The translations under genes were made by a program, and so were the position numbers. Below, piece after piece: positions 1 through 11,559 of a stretch of 64,000 nucleotides of DNA (the stretch's first letter is position 1; each line of letters begins with the position of its first letter). A model generated the notes under the pieces. That model had not been told where the DNA came from. It searched no databases and was given only the letters and a program-made list of their open reading frames with translations. This stretch comes from Orbicella franksi (lineage: Eukaryota), in NCBI GenBank assembly GCA_964199315.1, contig OZ116703.1:19406001-19470000 (forward strand), given 5' to 3'.

Positions 1-913
1 TGCCCGAGCTTTTTGTTCAGATAATGTGTACATCTGGTGAATTAGACTATAATACTAATGTTAGGAAAGTGAGAACTTCGAATTCCGATCATCAGCCTTG
101 GGCACTGCCCCTTTAAGACTGGGGAAGACTGAGACAATTTCAAACAGCGAGGTTAGTTTGGCTGTAGGTTCCCTTGGCACAGTACAATCAATTGCGTTTT
201 GTAAAAAGGCAGATTTTCATCGTTTCTACAGACTACATTTTCAAATGCCTGTTCAATTTGGAGGATCTGGAAAACTAAAAATTGAGGCTAAATAGGTCTT
301 GTTTTCGAGGATAAAAATTAAAATTTTACAAGTAAACGCCGTTGTTTTGATGTATTTGTTGCATATTGACCATAGAATCATCTAGTTCATCAAGATTTCG
401 AATGAACTAACTCACAACATGAAAACAACAAAAAAAACGTCAGACGTTGCCATGATTCTCAAGCAAATCCCTCCGAGCTCGAAGCATCCTCTGCAATAAT
501 TGCCTCCCACAAAAGAGGATAAGAGAGTTAATTTCCCATACGCATCTGATATAAGTCTTATTTTCAAGGTAATCCCTCAAGTTATTTTTAGACATGGCAC
601 CCAATTCGTTCGCGGATAATGTAACCACGCGCGTTTCGCGGATGTTTTCGTTGAGTATGAAAATGCGTGTAAAGTCGCTTGGACTGTCCACGGAAGTCAA
701 ACCCACGCACCAGGATTGGCTATTTCTAGATCCTGAACCGAAGTGACCTGAGAATAACTTCAGAGGGATTATCCTAGGAATAAAGCCTGTATTGGAGATT
801 ACCTCTCTTACTCTTTCTTCATCCTGTCTTGTCTCTCGTCATGTAAAACTGAAGAGGGATAGAAGTATGTTATTCTCCGACTTTTACTGGCAATTTTTCG
901 ACAAACGCACATT

Positions 914-1232
914 AACAAATTGACGTCAGTTTTTCATGCGTCTGTCCTGTTATTCTGTTATCATGAATTTCGTCATAACATTGTCAAAGCAGCTGTGGAT
1001 CCATGAGGCGATCTGCAGACTACTTTGACAATGTTATGACAAAATTCATTGTCACTAACAGGACAAACGCATCAAAAACTGACGTCAATTTGTTTTTTAC
1101 GATAACAAATTGTCAAATTGTCCACTCTCGCTCGTTAACGCATCGCATAAATTATAAATTCTTGTGTCTGTCCGCTTTTTGGCAATAAAAATTAGCCACT
1201 GAGCGCGCGAGAATTTCTACAGTTATCGTAAA
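914..1232. mobile_element. Palindromic non-autonomous element (MITE-like hairpin 914-1094 plus adjacent module 1095-1232)
   Basis: 914-1094 begins aacaaattgacgtcagttttt and ends aaaaactgacgtcaatttgtt, with imperfect pairing along its length. The adjacent module is bounded by ttttacgataac / gttatcgtaaaa. A reverse-complement copy lies at about 51900-52227. Confidence 0.75.
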
Positions 1233-2163
1233 ATTCCTTTTTGACTTCAACTGGTCACGTGTGTAAATTTGGCATATCAAGCCTTGAAGGGCGGTTTTTC
1301 GTCCCCAGAGCTATTCTAGTCTTTCCGTCGAAAGGGGCCTTGACGCGAGAAATGTTTCTTGTGCCAAGGTGTTTCACCGTGGTCAGAGCTCTCAGCCTGT
1401 GTTCTTCTGATCGTCATGAGTCCATTTAGCGACCCATTAAGCGCCCCCATTTCTTAAAAGCGCTACCTTTTGAGTGACGTTTACGTTGATAAACACCCAG
1501 ATTCCCATATTAAAGCGCCCCCATTGCAAGAGCGAGATTCACGAAGCTCACAGCATGGACTAATTAGACAAGAGAATTATCCAGTCTTCTGGGATTTCAC
1601 TCATGATCGATGAAGTAAACGCGTGAGCAAGAATATATAAAATAGTGGCAGAATCTAGATTTATTTTCATTTCTCTCAAATAAACAAGTTTCTTTGCTTT
1701 TAAGTGCTTCGCAACCGAACAAATTTTTTTTTTTGCCAAATGGCTCCAAAAAGTAAGCATTGCCCCGTTTTAAAGCCGTTTAAAGAGGCGACTCGAATAA
1801 ACAATGAGAGCGAGACCGTTTATCCAGCAACTTTTAAATGTGAGAAAATCTGAAACTTTTTTTGTAGGATAGTAATGCCGTTATGCAGTCAAAACTTCAG
1901 AAAGTGCATTCATTTATTTTAAAGAAAAAACATCAGGTCTGTCTAAAATTAATTGCAAATCGATTTTTGACCATTATCGTCAATTTGTTCCGTTGCATCA
2001 TATGTTACAACAAATTGGACAATCCGCTAGCAAAACATACACCAGGGATCCACTTCAAACCATCTCAAAAATAGATTGGACTGCAAGGGGCACCTTCCAT
2101 GTCATTCTTGTTCATTGATCCAGCTTAAATTTAAGCACACCATAGTAACCTATAAGACAATTA

Positions 2164-2566
2164 GGCCCAGTTCAGACGTCGTGCTTCTGCCGTGCCGAAC
2201 TAAATTGCAATTTGGTTCGACTGTAGCACGGCAAGAGATCAACTCTGATTCAGACGTCGTGCCAGAGTCGAATCAAATCCAGGGTTTACTGAGGCCTCGA
2301 AACAATTCTCCTCCTAACTCCCCGAGGGAACGAAATCTCGCCAAAGCACACTGACATAATTTACGAATTTATTTTGGCGCGACAGAAGCACGACGTTTGA
2401 ATCGCTGCCGTGCCAGAGTCGTGTGGCACGGCAGGGCTTGTCGAATTTAATTGCTTGCACGGAACTTAATTCAAAAGTTTGATTCAGACGCCGTGCTTCT
2501 GCCATGCTTTTGTCGAACTTAATTACTGAATTTAGTTCGGCAGAAGCACGACGTCTGAACTGGGAC
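2164..2566. mobile_element. PIF/Harbinger-like MITE
   Basis: Terminal inverted repeats ggcccagttcagacgtcgtgcttctgccg / cggcagaagcacgacgtctgaactgggac. TTA on both flanks (2161-2163, 2567-2569) is the 3-bp TSD typical of PIF/Harbinger. No coding capacity. Confidence 0.85.
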
Positions 2567-2673
2567 TTAGTTTTCTTGTTTTCATCCTCTCTTTATCTCA
2601 GTTTAAAATTAACGACAACAATGAAATGCCAGACACCGCGTAGGCCATATTCAAACATGCGGCGAACCTAACG

Positions 2674-4548
2674 CAAATGAGCAAAAACCGCAGTCTTAGA
2701 GACCAGTTTCTGTGTGTCTGTCTGCCTCTGCCCAATCCTCTAAAGTCGGTCGCTTTGACTGGCTAAATAAGAGATACCAAAGAATATATTTTTCCTTCTC
2801 TGTCAGCGAAATCCAAGTAAATTGAATCGTGCAATTTGATTGGTTGCCTTAGTGCGCGGTCCGAACACGTTATACATGTGAATCCGGATTATCCTGAATG
2901 CTTAAGTTAACTTTTTTCAAGCGGCGTTTTCCGTGATAAAAAATAAAATTCAACAAATATAGACCAGCTGTTTGCCTGTATAATTTCAGTCCTTTTTTTC
3001 TTTCGTAGTGTAGTTTATCGGCTCCCTGCAGTGAAGAGCAGGAAGACGAAAGAACTGGAAATTGGTTCAAATGAGGATGGAAACGCACCATAGCCGAAGT
3101 TTTAGAAAGCAAAATGAGAACATACTAGAAGAATTAATATTTACAGACTACATTTCCTTCTTTTGAAAGCGGCTGCAATTGTTCTGATTGTTCAGCAAAT
3201 GTGCTTTTATGTGTTTTGGTTAATGTTGTAGGTTTCAAACAGTTTTGATCTCAATTCATTAATAATTCACTCCTCAACTATACTAATATTAATAACCAAG
3301 CAAATGAGCAAAAGCCACAGTCTTACAGACCAGTTTCTGGGTATCTGTCGAGTTCTCTCCAATCCTCTAAAGTCGGCCGCTCAGACCGGCTAAATAGGAG
3401 CAATACCAGGGAATTTGTTTTCTCTGTGCGAGATCCAAGTAAATTGAATCGTGCAATTTGATTGGTTGCCTTAGTGCGCGGTCCGAACACGTTTTACATC
3501 TGAATCCGGATTATCCTGAATGCTTAAGTTAACTTTTTTCAAGCGGCGTTTTTCCATGGTAAAAAGAATAAAATTCAACAAATATTGACCAGCTGTTTGC
3601 CTGTATAATTTCGGTCCTTTTTTTCTTTCGTAGTATAGTTTATCGGCTCCCTGCAGTGAAGAGCAGGAAGACGCAAAAACTGGAAATTGGTTCAAATGAG
3701 GATGGAAACGCACCATAGCTGAAGTTTTAAAAAAGCAAAATTAGAACATACAAGAAGAATTAATATTTGCAAACTACATTTCCTTCTCTTGAAAGCGGCG
3801 GCAGTTGTCCTCATCGTTTAACAAGTGTGCTTTAATGTGTTTTGGTTAATGTTGTAGTTTTGGAACAGTTTTGATCTCAGTTCATTAATAATTCACTCCT
3901 CAACTATACGAATACTAATAACCAAGCAAATGAGCAAAAGCCACAGTCTTACAGACCAGTTTCTGTGTTTCTGTCGAGTTCTCTCCAATCCTCTAAAGTC
4001 GGCCGCTTAGACCGGCTAAACAGGAGCAATACCAGGGAATTTGTTTTCTCTGTGTGAGATCCAAGTAGATAGAATCGCGCAACTTGATTGGTTGCTCGAG
4101 CGCGCGGTCTGAACTCGTTTTACATCAGAATCCGGATTATCCTGAATGCTTACGTCAACTTTTTTCAAGCGACATTTTCCATGGTATAAAATATAATTCA
4201 ACAAAAATAGACCAGCTCTTTTCCTGTGTAATTTCAGTCCTTATTTTTCTATCGTAGTATAGTTTATCGGTTCCCTGCAGTGAAGAGCAGAAAGACGAAA
4301 GAATTAGAAATTGGTTCAAATGAGAATGGAAACGCACCATAGCTGAAGTTTTAAAAAGCAAAACTAGAACATACAAGAAGAATTAATATTTGCAAACTAC
4401 ATTTCCTTCTCTTGAAAGCGGCGGCAGTTGTCCTCATCGTTTAACAAATGTGCTTTAATGTGTTTTGGTTAATGTTGTAGTTTTGGAACAGCTTTCATCT
4501 CGATTCATTAATAATTCACGCTCGAATATACGAATATTAATAACCAAG
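2674..4548. repeat. Three tandem copies of a ~625-bp unit
   Basis: caaatgagcaaaa recurs at 2674, 3301 and 3927; aaccaag at 3294, 3920 and 4542. Periods are 627, 626 and 622, and the copies are colinear and moderately diverged. Confidence 0.95.
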
Positions 4549-4677
4549 TCAAACAGGAAAAACTTCACTTTCATGAAATTCTTGATCGTGCCACAACGCG
4601 ACTGCTTGGTTGGAGTGTATTAATTCGATATATATATCTCGCAGGATATCTCAGCAAGGAACATCCTAAGGTTCACC

Positions 4678-5715
4678 ATGAACGCAACACTTTCCACAAT
4701 CGAAGGCTTCGCCCAGCAGTTTAAAAACCGAACAACTGCCATTCGAATAGTAGAATCACTAAGTATGTTGTTGATCAACCTCAGCGCCTTTGCTGGCAAT
4801 CTTCTCCTTGGTATCGCGGTCTTTATAAACCCAAATCTTCGGACAATCACAAACATTTACATCGTAACGTTGGCCTTTTCGGACTTCCTGCTATCTTTGC
4901 TAGGAATTCCTTTCACGGTTGCCTCTCTGATCGTCGGATCATGGCCGTATAATAACTTTGTTTGCCAGCTCCAGGGATTCTGTATTCTCCTCATGTGCGC
5001 TATATCGTTACAAACCTTAGCTGTCACCGCTGTAAACAGATATTTTCGGGTGGTCCGTTCACGTGCGCTGTATCTGAAAATCTTTAACTTCAAGACAACA
5101 AAAATAACAATAGCATTCGTGTGGATCATGGCTTTGTTTGCGCCTCTTCCCTACGTTGTTTCCGGGCATGAATTTTCCTTTCACCCTGCGAAAGTTTTCT
5201 GTGCGCACAACGCCGAAAGCTTGTACAAAGGTTACGGAGCGTACCTAGTTCTGTTTTTTGTTGCTATACCACTGATTATCATCATAACTTGCTACACAAA
5301 AGTGTTTCTGGCGGTGCGCAAACACAACCTAAACTTCCAAATTCGAATCCGCTCGGGGAGCCAGTCCAAGCCCTCGATTGACGGGTGTCTATCAGTGGAT
5401 GAGGTGAACATCACCTACACCCTTCTAGTGGTAGTCTGTGGTTTTCTGGCTTGTTGGACGCCTGTTGTAGTGGTCGATATGATCGATTTTATAAACGCAG
5501 ACTGGAAGCTTAAGCGACAAGTTTATGTGAGCTATACCTGTTTCGCATTTGCCAGCGCTTCGCTCAACCCCGTCATATACGGCATCATGAACCGGTCCTT
5601 CCGCGCGGAGTACGCTCGGATATTGTCGTCCCTAAAATTGTGGTCTTCCCACGACCATCCTGAAGCCAACAACGATGGAGAATTAAAAATGTCAACGACG
5701 CAAGGATTAAGCTAA
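4678..5715 (+). CDS. Intronless rhodopsin-family (class A) GPCR, 345 aa, melatonin-receptor-like NRY type
   Basis: Seven hydrophobic segments; GN in TM1, LAFSD in TM2, conserved Cys before TM3, NRY in place of DRY, CWTP in TM6, NPVIY in TM7 and helix 8 (NRSFR). Ligand cannot be assigned. Confidence 0.95.
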   Translation: MNATLSTIEGFAQQFKNRTTAIRIVESLSMLLINLSAFAGNLLLGIAVFINPNLRTITNIYIVTLAFSDFLLSLLGIPFTVASLIVGSWPYNNFVCQLQGFCILLMCAISLQTLAVTAVNRYFRVVRSRALYLKIFNFKTTKITIAFVWIMALFAPLPYVVSGHEFSFHPAKVFCAHNAESLYKGYGAYLVLFFVAIPLIIIITCYTKVFLAVRKHNLNFQIRIRSGSQSKPSIDGCLSVDEVNITYTLLVVVCGFLACWTPVVVVDMIDFINADWKLKRQVYVSYTCFAFASASLNPVIYGIMNRSFRAEYARILSSLKLWSSHDHPEANNDGELKMSTTQGLS

Positions 5716-7632
5716 GTTTGATTAGAAACAAAGTCGATTTGTAAGTTGGCATGCATTAAAATATTCCGTAGAGTACAAGGTTGTATAATTTGAAAAGTAA
5801 GCGAGCATATCTACAATCAAAGCTTGAAACAACTAATCCCTCATACGACTAGACATTGAATCGATCAACGTTTGGACGGGTTGGTGATCTACGATCATGA
5901 ACTTCGGCGACTTAGAAGAGCAATGGCCACCTGGTTTGAGTCTCCCGTAACTTACAAAAAATCTTAGAGGGACTACAGGTCTTAGTTTAAGGACGTGATT
6001 CTTTGCTGCTGGTATAAATTTACGATCACATTTGCAAAAGAGCAAGTTGGTAAATCTTATTATTTTTTCCCTTAACTGAAGAAAAAATTGTTCTGCAAAT
6101 ATGAAAAAACAATTTATTATCTTTGAAAAGGGCTCTTAAAACACCTTGGTGTCCATTTTCTATGCATTTAGTTGTTGATTCAAACTAACCCACCAGGTCA
6201 TTGCGAGATATACCTTCGTAAAAGTAGATATAAATATATACATCAAATATTTCAAAAACAGTCTTAGAACCTAAATACTTAAGTAAAAATTGTTCAAATT
6301 ATTGATTCTCTGAAACTTTGATCAGAATTTTGCCAGACGCTAACCAGATGTTCACTATAGTTTAAGGCAAGTACGACTATTTTATCTCAAATTCACTTTC
6401 ACTATTTTTCTGTCTGGACGTCTCACGCCGGTGAACAAGAAAGTAAGCCTTGCGAACTAGACTAGAGCTGTGAAGTGCAGCGGTTCACGTCACTCACTTC
6501 TGTACATACAAGGAAAGCGAATCTTGATATGAACTTCAAACCGAGTACATAGGATCGGTACGGATTGTCGTTTGTTTCAGAATCGCGGAGAAGGCATTCA
6601 TGAGCAGGTGTGCATTATTAAGATAAAGAAAATTGTATGTAGTGCTAGAGTCAATAATTAAACTGTCATCCCAGATTTGAAAATTAAAAGTCGTGGATGA
6701 CAGATGTCTGCTATTAATGGCATATAGAGCAAGATAAATTGAAAGACAGCGCTATTAAACTGTCGTCCTTAATCTCTGTTATTGATAGTTCAACAGAACA
6801 GCGAGCGGTGGATGACAAAGCCAATTAAACACTACTATCTATGCACGGATTAGAATTTCGATAAAAATCCCTTCAGAAAACTGAAATTAAAGGCCGAGAC
6901 CTTTTCAAATGTTTCTCGTTTTTAGCGCCCTTTTTAAGCTATTCGAGTGATTTTCTTTTCAATGGAGACAAGCTCAGTTCGTGACTTGGTAACCTCGAAT
7001 TAATGAAAAGTACATTAAACTGTTATCTCCTGGCTCAAAAATAGATTTTTGTGAACAAAAATATGCTCATAAGCGAGATAAAATAAATGCAACACATTAA
7101 ACTGACATCTTTAGCCTGGAAACAGATCGTTCAGTTGTGAAAAAACAGCTCAGCTATCTGTCAAAACAGTTCTGCCCCATCGAAACGACACGATACAAGT
7201 CTTTTTCACTACAGCTACCAAAAATAAGGGCAATGCCAAATAGTTTTAGATTCTATTGATACTTAACTCGAAAATATGCATTTCATTCAACGAGGAACGA
7301 GATATTTTGTTCAGAATAACAAAACTATTATCTTACCTGGCGACACTTAGCGACTGAGTTAGTTGCCCGCTGGGTGGGATTCACTCATGGCGCCAAATTT
7401 AAAGCTCGAGTCGTAAAATGCTTTAAATTCACTTTCTTTTTTTTTTTAATTTTAACAATCTGTTATGGCTATTGGCATTTTCAATCCTTTTTCGTGAATA
7501 TTCAGTGCAGTCTTCCGGTTAGAAAACAGACTCGACTTTCAGTTCACAAGTGGTGCCAGGACGGTTGCTGAACCCTTGATTACTGGCCGGAGCCGCTATG
7601 GGAAGTTTTGAGTACACGACAGAAGCGTTAAG

Positions 7633-7847
7633 AGTTGCTCGAGGTACAGTTGAGAGCAACTACTACTAAAATTTTAAGCGTGTCGATGACGTCAGTTGTT
7701 TTATAATATTGCCAATAGAAACAAGTTTCTCTCGCGAGGTTAATAGTTGCTCGAGGCACAGTCGAGAGCAACTACTACGTAAATCTCGAGCGCGTCGATG
7801 ACGTCAATTGTTTTATAACATTGCCAATAGAAATAACTTTCTCTCGC
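7633..7847. promoter_or_regulatory. 112-bp direct duplication, each copy with a full CRE palindrome and a CCAAT box
   Basis: agttgctcgagg starts at 7633 and 7745; TGACGTCA at 7687-7694 and 7799-7806; CCAAT at 7712 and 7824. About 750 bp upstream of the 8590 ORF. Regulatory function is inference. Confidence 0.5.
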
Positions 7848-8589
7848 AAAGTGAAGCTAACTCTCTTCACGTAATGAGCTTGTACGCTTAAATCCTTACG
7901 TTTGCTAGCTGTTATAAGAATAGCTCGTGAAAACTGCGAATCAAAACTCTCAGTGACATGTCACTCTGATTACAGAGTACAGAGTGTTAAATTCCCTTAA
8001 TCTTTACGTCACGCGCGGCTTAACGGATAGTCGCTAATTAACAAAATTAATCAAAATGGCTATCAAAGGATTACCGACAACGAAACTGACAATTAACTCC
8101 AGAAACCTAGAATCTAGTAACTGAGTCGCATTTTGAAACAATTCTTAAGGCAAAAACAGAGATTTGACGATTGTGGGTCGGGATGAAAATTAAAAGAAGT
8201 GAACAAAACAAGTAATTTATATGCAAAGATAACAATGCGACTTACAGCCAGGGTGTGAAACGATTAACCGTAATTAATTTAGCCCCATAAAGCCTTGGCT
8301 TTGTGGAAATTCACGCTCGAAAGAGGAAGAACAAAAAAACGAAGTCACTTTTGTTCACTATCAGTTAGACGAGGCGCTACCCCACGACGCCTAGCAACGC
8401 GTTTTGATCAAAACGAAGTATTCGTTCGTATCAGGCAATATCACTTCATGTAGACTCGAGGGGAGTGATATATAAGCACTCGACGGGTTTATTTGCACGA
8501 TCTATTAACGTCAACCTCGTATCTACATGAATTGTAGGCGAATTCCAGACGTCATTAGAGACGATTAAAGCTGGTTTGATCCATCCATC

Positions 8590-9450
8590 ATGGCGACGGC
8601 TCTGCCTCGGGAAAGTTTACAAGTGCAGCCGGCCGTGAGGGCGAAAGCCGCGAACAAGGATTTGAAACAGAAGAACAACCGAGCATTACATAACTGGCAG
8701 AAGGTGAGGAACGTGCTGGACAGAGAGAAAGAAAAATGGGCGAAAGGAGTTCAAGATGATCGAAACAAGCTGCTGAAGCATCGCGAAATGCTGCGAAACA
8801 CGTCACTGAACCTAACAAGGTCCGACTCTTTACACTCCGAAGACGATGCCACCCCTCAAGTTAAGCCTCGTTTGTCTTTAAAAGATGTGTACGACACGCT
8901 CCTGAAGAGCGCCCAAGAACAAGAAGATGGTGGCTTTGATAGCAAGAGCGTCAAATCAGAGCCGCCAATAATGTCATCGACAGTCAGCTCCGAACAGAAG
9001 CGAGTGGGAAGAAAAGCAATCACATTTTCTTTACAAGGTCTACAGAAAGCAAACAGCAATCTGCAAAGTAAACTACAAGCTATGGAAAAAGCGCAACAAC
9101 GTGACCTGGCAGTTGATGATGAAAATCACAATGCACGACCAGTTTCAGGGCCGCCACCGAGCCATTTTGACTTAAACGACGAGGAACGCAGCTTAGGCCC
9201 GACTCTAAAGCTCCCCCCTACCCGTCTTCCACCTATAGCTAGAAGCGTGTCTTTCAAACCTCAAGCGCGGAGTTTTAACAAGGATGAAGAGTTTAAGAAG
9301 CGCGTCAAAGGCCGAGAATATTCACTAGATGACATACGCTACTGCCGCTACTTAAGGAAGCGAGCGTTATCTGATCCGATTGAACCAACGAAAAAACTAC
9401 CTCATCACCATCGAAGCACAACTTCATCTAAACCTCAAGGAAAAAAATAA
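8590..9450 (+). CDS. Uncharacterised 286-aa single-exon protein (N-terminal coiled coil, disordered middle, C-terminal CRYLR motif)
   Basis: Long ORF with higher GC than flanks and good start context (ccatcATGG). K/R/E-rich helical N-terminus, S/P-rich middle, YSLDDIRYCRYLRKR near the end. AATAAA signals downstream at about 10007 and 10205. Confidence 0.8.
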   Translation: MATALPRESLQVQPAVRAKAANKDLKQKNNRALHNWQKVRNVLDREKEKWAKGVQDDRNKLLKHREMLRNTSLNLTRSDSLHSEDDATPQVKPRLSLKDVYDTLLKSAQEQEDGGFDSKSVKSEPPIMSSTVSSEQKRVGRKAITFSLQGLQKANSNLQSKLQAMEKAQQRDLAVDDENHNARPVSGPPPSHFDLNDEERSLGPTLKLPPTRLPPIARSVSFKPQARSFNKDEEFKKRVKGREYSLDDIRYCRYLRKRALSDPIEPTKKLPHHHRSTTSSKPQGKK

Positions 9451-10636
9451 CACGCAAATCTCTACGTCAGTTTTGCGGGGGACTAACTGTGCACACACAA
9501 CCTGAACTATATATTGACTCGAAATTGTAGCAAAAGACCAAAATCAAGATAGCCTGTTCATTTGCATTTTTCCTGTTGCCCACTTAAACGTTGTACGGTT
9601 TCATATCACATCGACAATAATGAAGCTACACTTCTAAACTTTACCTAAAAAATATCAAGTGATAATGGAGACAAATAGTATTTTGGGGAGAGGTTATTCA
9701 CAACCCGAATGAAAAACACAAAAGAGAGGAAGACGAAACAAAAATGTTGAATAACAGACAGGAAAAACTGATGAAACATGTATGACGTACTTCGGTTACA
9801 GCGACAACACGAATGATAAACGATATTTTAGTTGCACGAAATAACAGCGTAATAACACGTACAGAAAGAACTGGCAGGGTAAAGCAAAAGCTCGAAACAA
9901 GGAATCAAACTCTCCAAAAAAACTCCTGGTAGTCATTACAAGAAACTACAGCGGAAAGAGAAATATTTAAAGCGAAAGCCATCACTAAATAGTTTCAGAA
10001 TAAACGATGCGCGATATGTGTAGCAACACGAGGATGTTAACATGTAATTATACCTTTACAAAGATATTGTCGAGCACTTTTCAGAAAAAGGTTCAGTCCG
10101 AACGAAGTTCGGCAAATAGTAAAACCTTTCGGTACACAAGAACTTGTTGTACTATGTCATGAAGACAAAAAAACAAATTTAAACAAAGCATATATTGTTC
10201 AATGAATAAAAATAGATTAGAAAACAGCTTTCCGAATCTTTTACCGGCCGCTTTTAGAACCTCAAAACTGCAACCAGGAAAATTCGCGATATTGAAAACC
10301 TGTTAGTTGTTATGGATATTATCTACTGGCCCAAAAGAACAGAACATATGGCGTGGGCGCTGTAATAGTTGGGGCCTAATTGCGTGTTTGCTGCCGTCAA
10401 ACACATGCTCTATTTAAATTTCAATCGAAACATTGGAGTATTTGCATAATGACAGTTCCGTGGTCTGGCCACGCAACATGAAGTTTGCGGTCACGAGATT
10501 AGTTAGTCACGTGATGTGCAAAAGCCAATCAGTGAATTGATGCTTCCAGCTGACAAAAGGTGAAAAGTAGTTTTGTTATAACTACTATTATAACTGCTGC
10601 AACTAACGTTCTTAAAATAGTAAGTTCTGTTTTATC

Positions 10637-10845
10637 TAAGGAGTTCAGTCACGGTATTTTGGCCATGTAAAAAATTACCTTCAAATTGAAGGAAACCTGA
10701 TAATAGTAGTTTACTAAGGTAGAAAAACACCAAAGAGATAATAACAAACCATTAAGGAACAAGGATGGCTAAGGATGAAGAAGATTGACACGGATTACAA
10801 ACGACGAACTTGAAAAATTTAAGCTAAATTTGTCAAGATACGCAA
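10637..10845. mobile_element. Truncated copy of the TIR element at 23478-23710, in opposite orientation
   Basis: taaggagttcagtcacggtattttg...gacacggattacaaacgacgaacttgaaaaat is the reverse complement of the 23500-23711 sequence. Confidence 0.7.
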
Positions 10846-11559
10846 AACTAAAAGGATCTCATGTTCAATCTATATTTCATCCTAAATTTTCCTTATTTAC
10901 TTCAAAACTACAAATACCCCTTCTTTCTTTTCCTGCACACAACTCGTAAAAATCATCGAAAACGTCTAACCCTTGGAACCTTCCACCGTAAACTAGTAAG
11001 TAGAGGCCTTCCATTATCAGTTTCCAAGTCACTGTTACCTTCGCCATACGGACTATACGTGAAAATCAACTATCTGCTTTTGTGCTTCTTGAACGAAGGA
11101 CTAAGCGACAAAGTACCACGGTTCAAGCGCGTTAGACAGTTCGTGCCCCGCGGTATCAGACGCGTAATTTGTCTGGATGAATTACGAATCTCTAGTAAAA
11201 AAAAAAAGACACCATCTTGGAAAACAACCTTAGACACACTTTCCCGAATGACCGCGGCGCAAAACTAAAGAACTCGCCTAAAAATGGCAGGAATTAGAAG
11301 CAAATTCTATTCAGTAAAGCATGGCCGCCTAGATTAGCCTTTGCCACCTGCGGGCATGCTTGCTTTTACATATATGTTTATTTAAAAGGATTGTAATCAA
11401 TAAATTAAGTGTAAAGTGCAAGTATGTAAAAAAATAGTCTGTAAATAATTTATAGCATTCAGTTGTTTCACTTTGATGTTTCTATCGGTTCTCTTGGGAG
11501 CTAAGTATATCTAATTTGCTCAGGTTAACGGTAGCCAACGTAATCGCTGAATTTTGTAT

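Noticed and set aside
2870-4376. Repeated 60-80-aa minus-strand ORFs (MVRFHPHLNQF...)
   Set aside because: They derive from the 626-bp tandem unit, and frames and stops differ between copies, so there is no sign of coding constraint.
4620-5129. Minus-strand ORFs overlapping the GPCR (and similar antisense ORFs over the 8590 gene, ABCA exons and DXO)
   Set aside because: Antisense shadows of real coding sequence with no recognisable motifs.
7324-7345. atcttacctggc resembling the 5' end of U1 snRNA
   Set aside because: The match stops after about 10 nt with no U1 stem-loops or Sm site. It is simply the reverse complement of a CAG|GTAAG donor-like sequence.
10861-11268. 135-aa plus-strand ORF
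   Set aside because: Composition is typical of AT-rich non-coding DNA (F/L/K-rich, poly-A run), with no motifs, and it starts at the edge of a MITE fragment.
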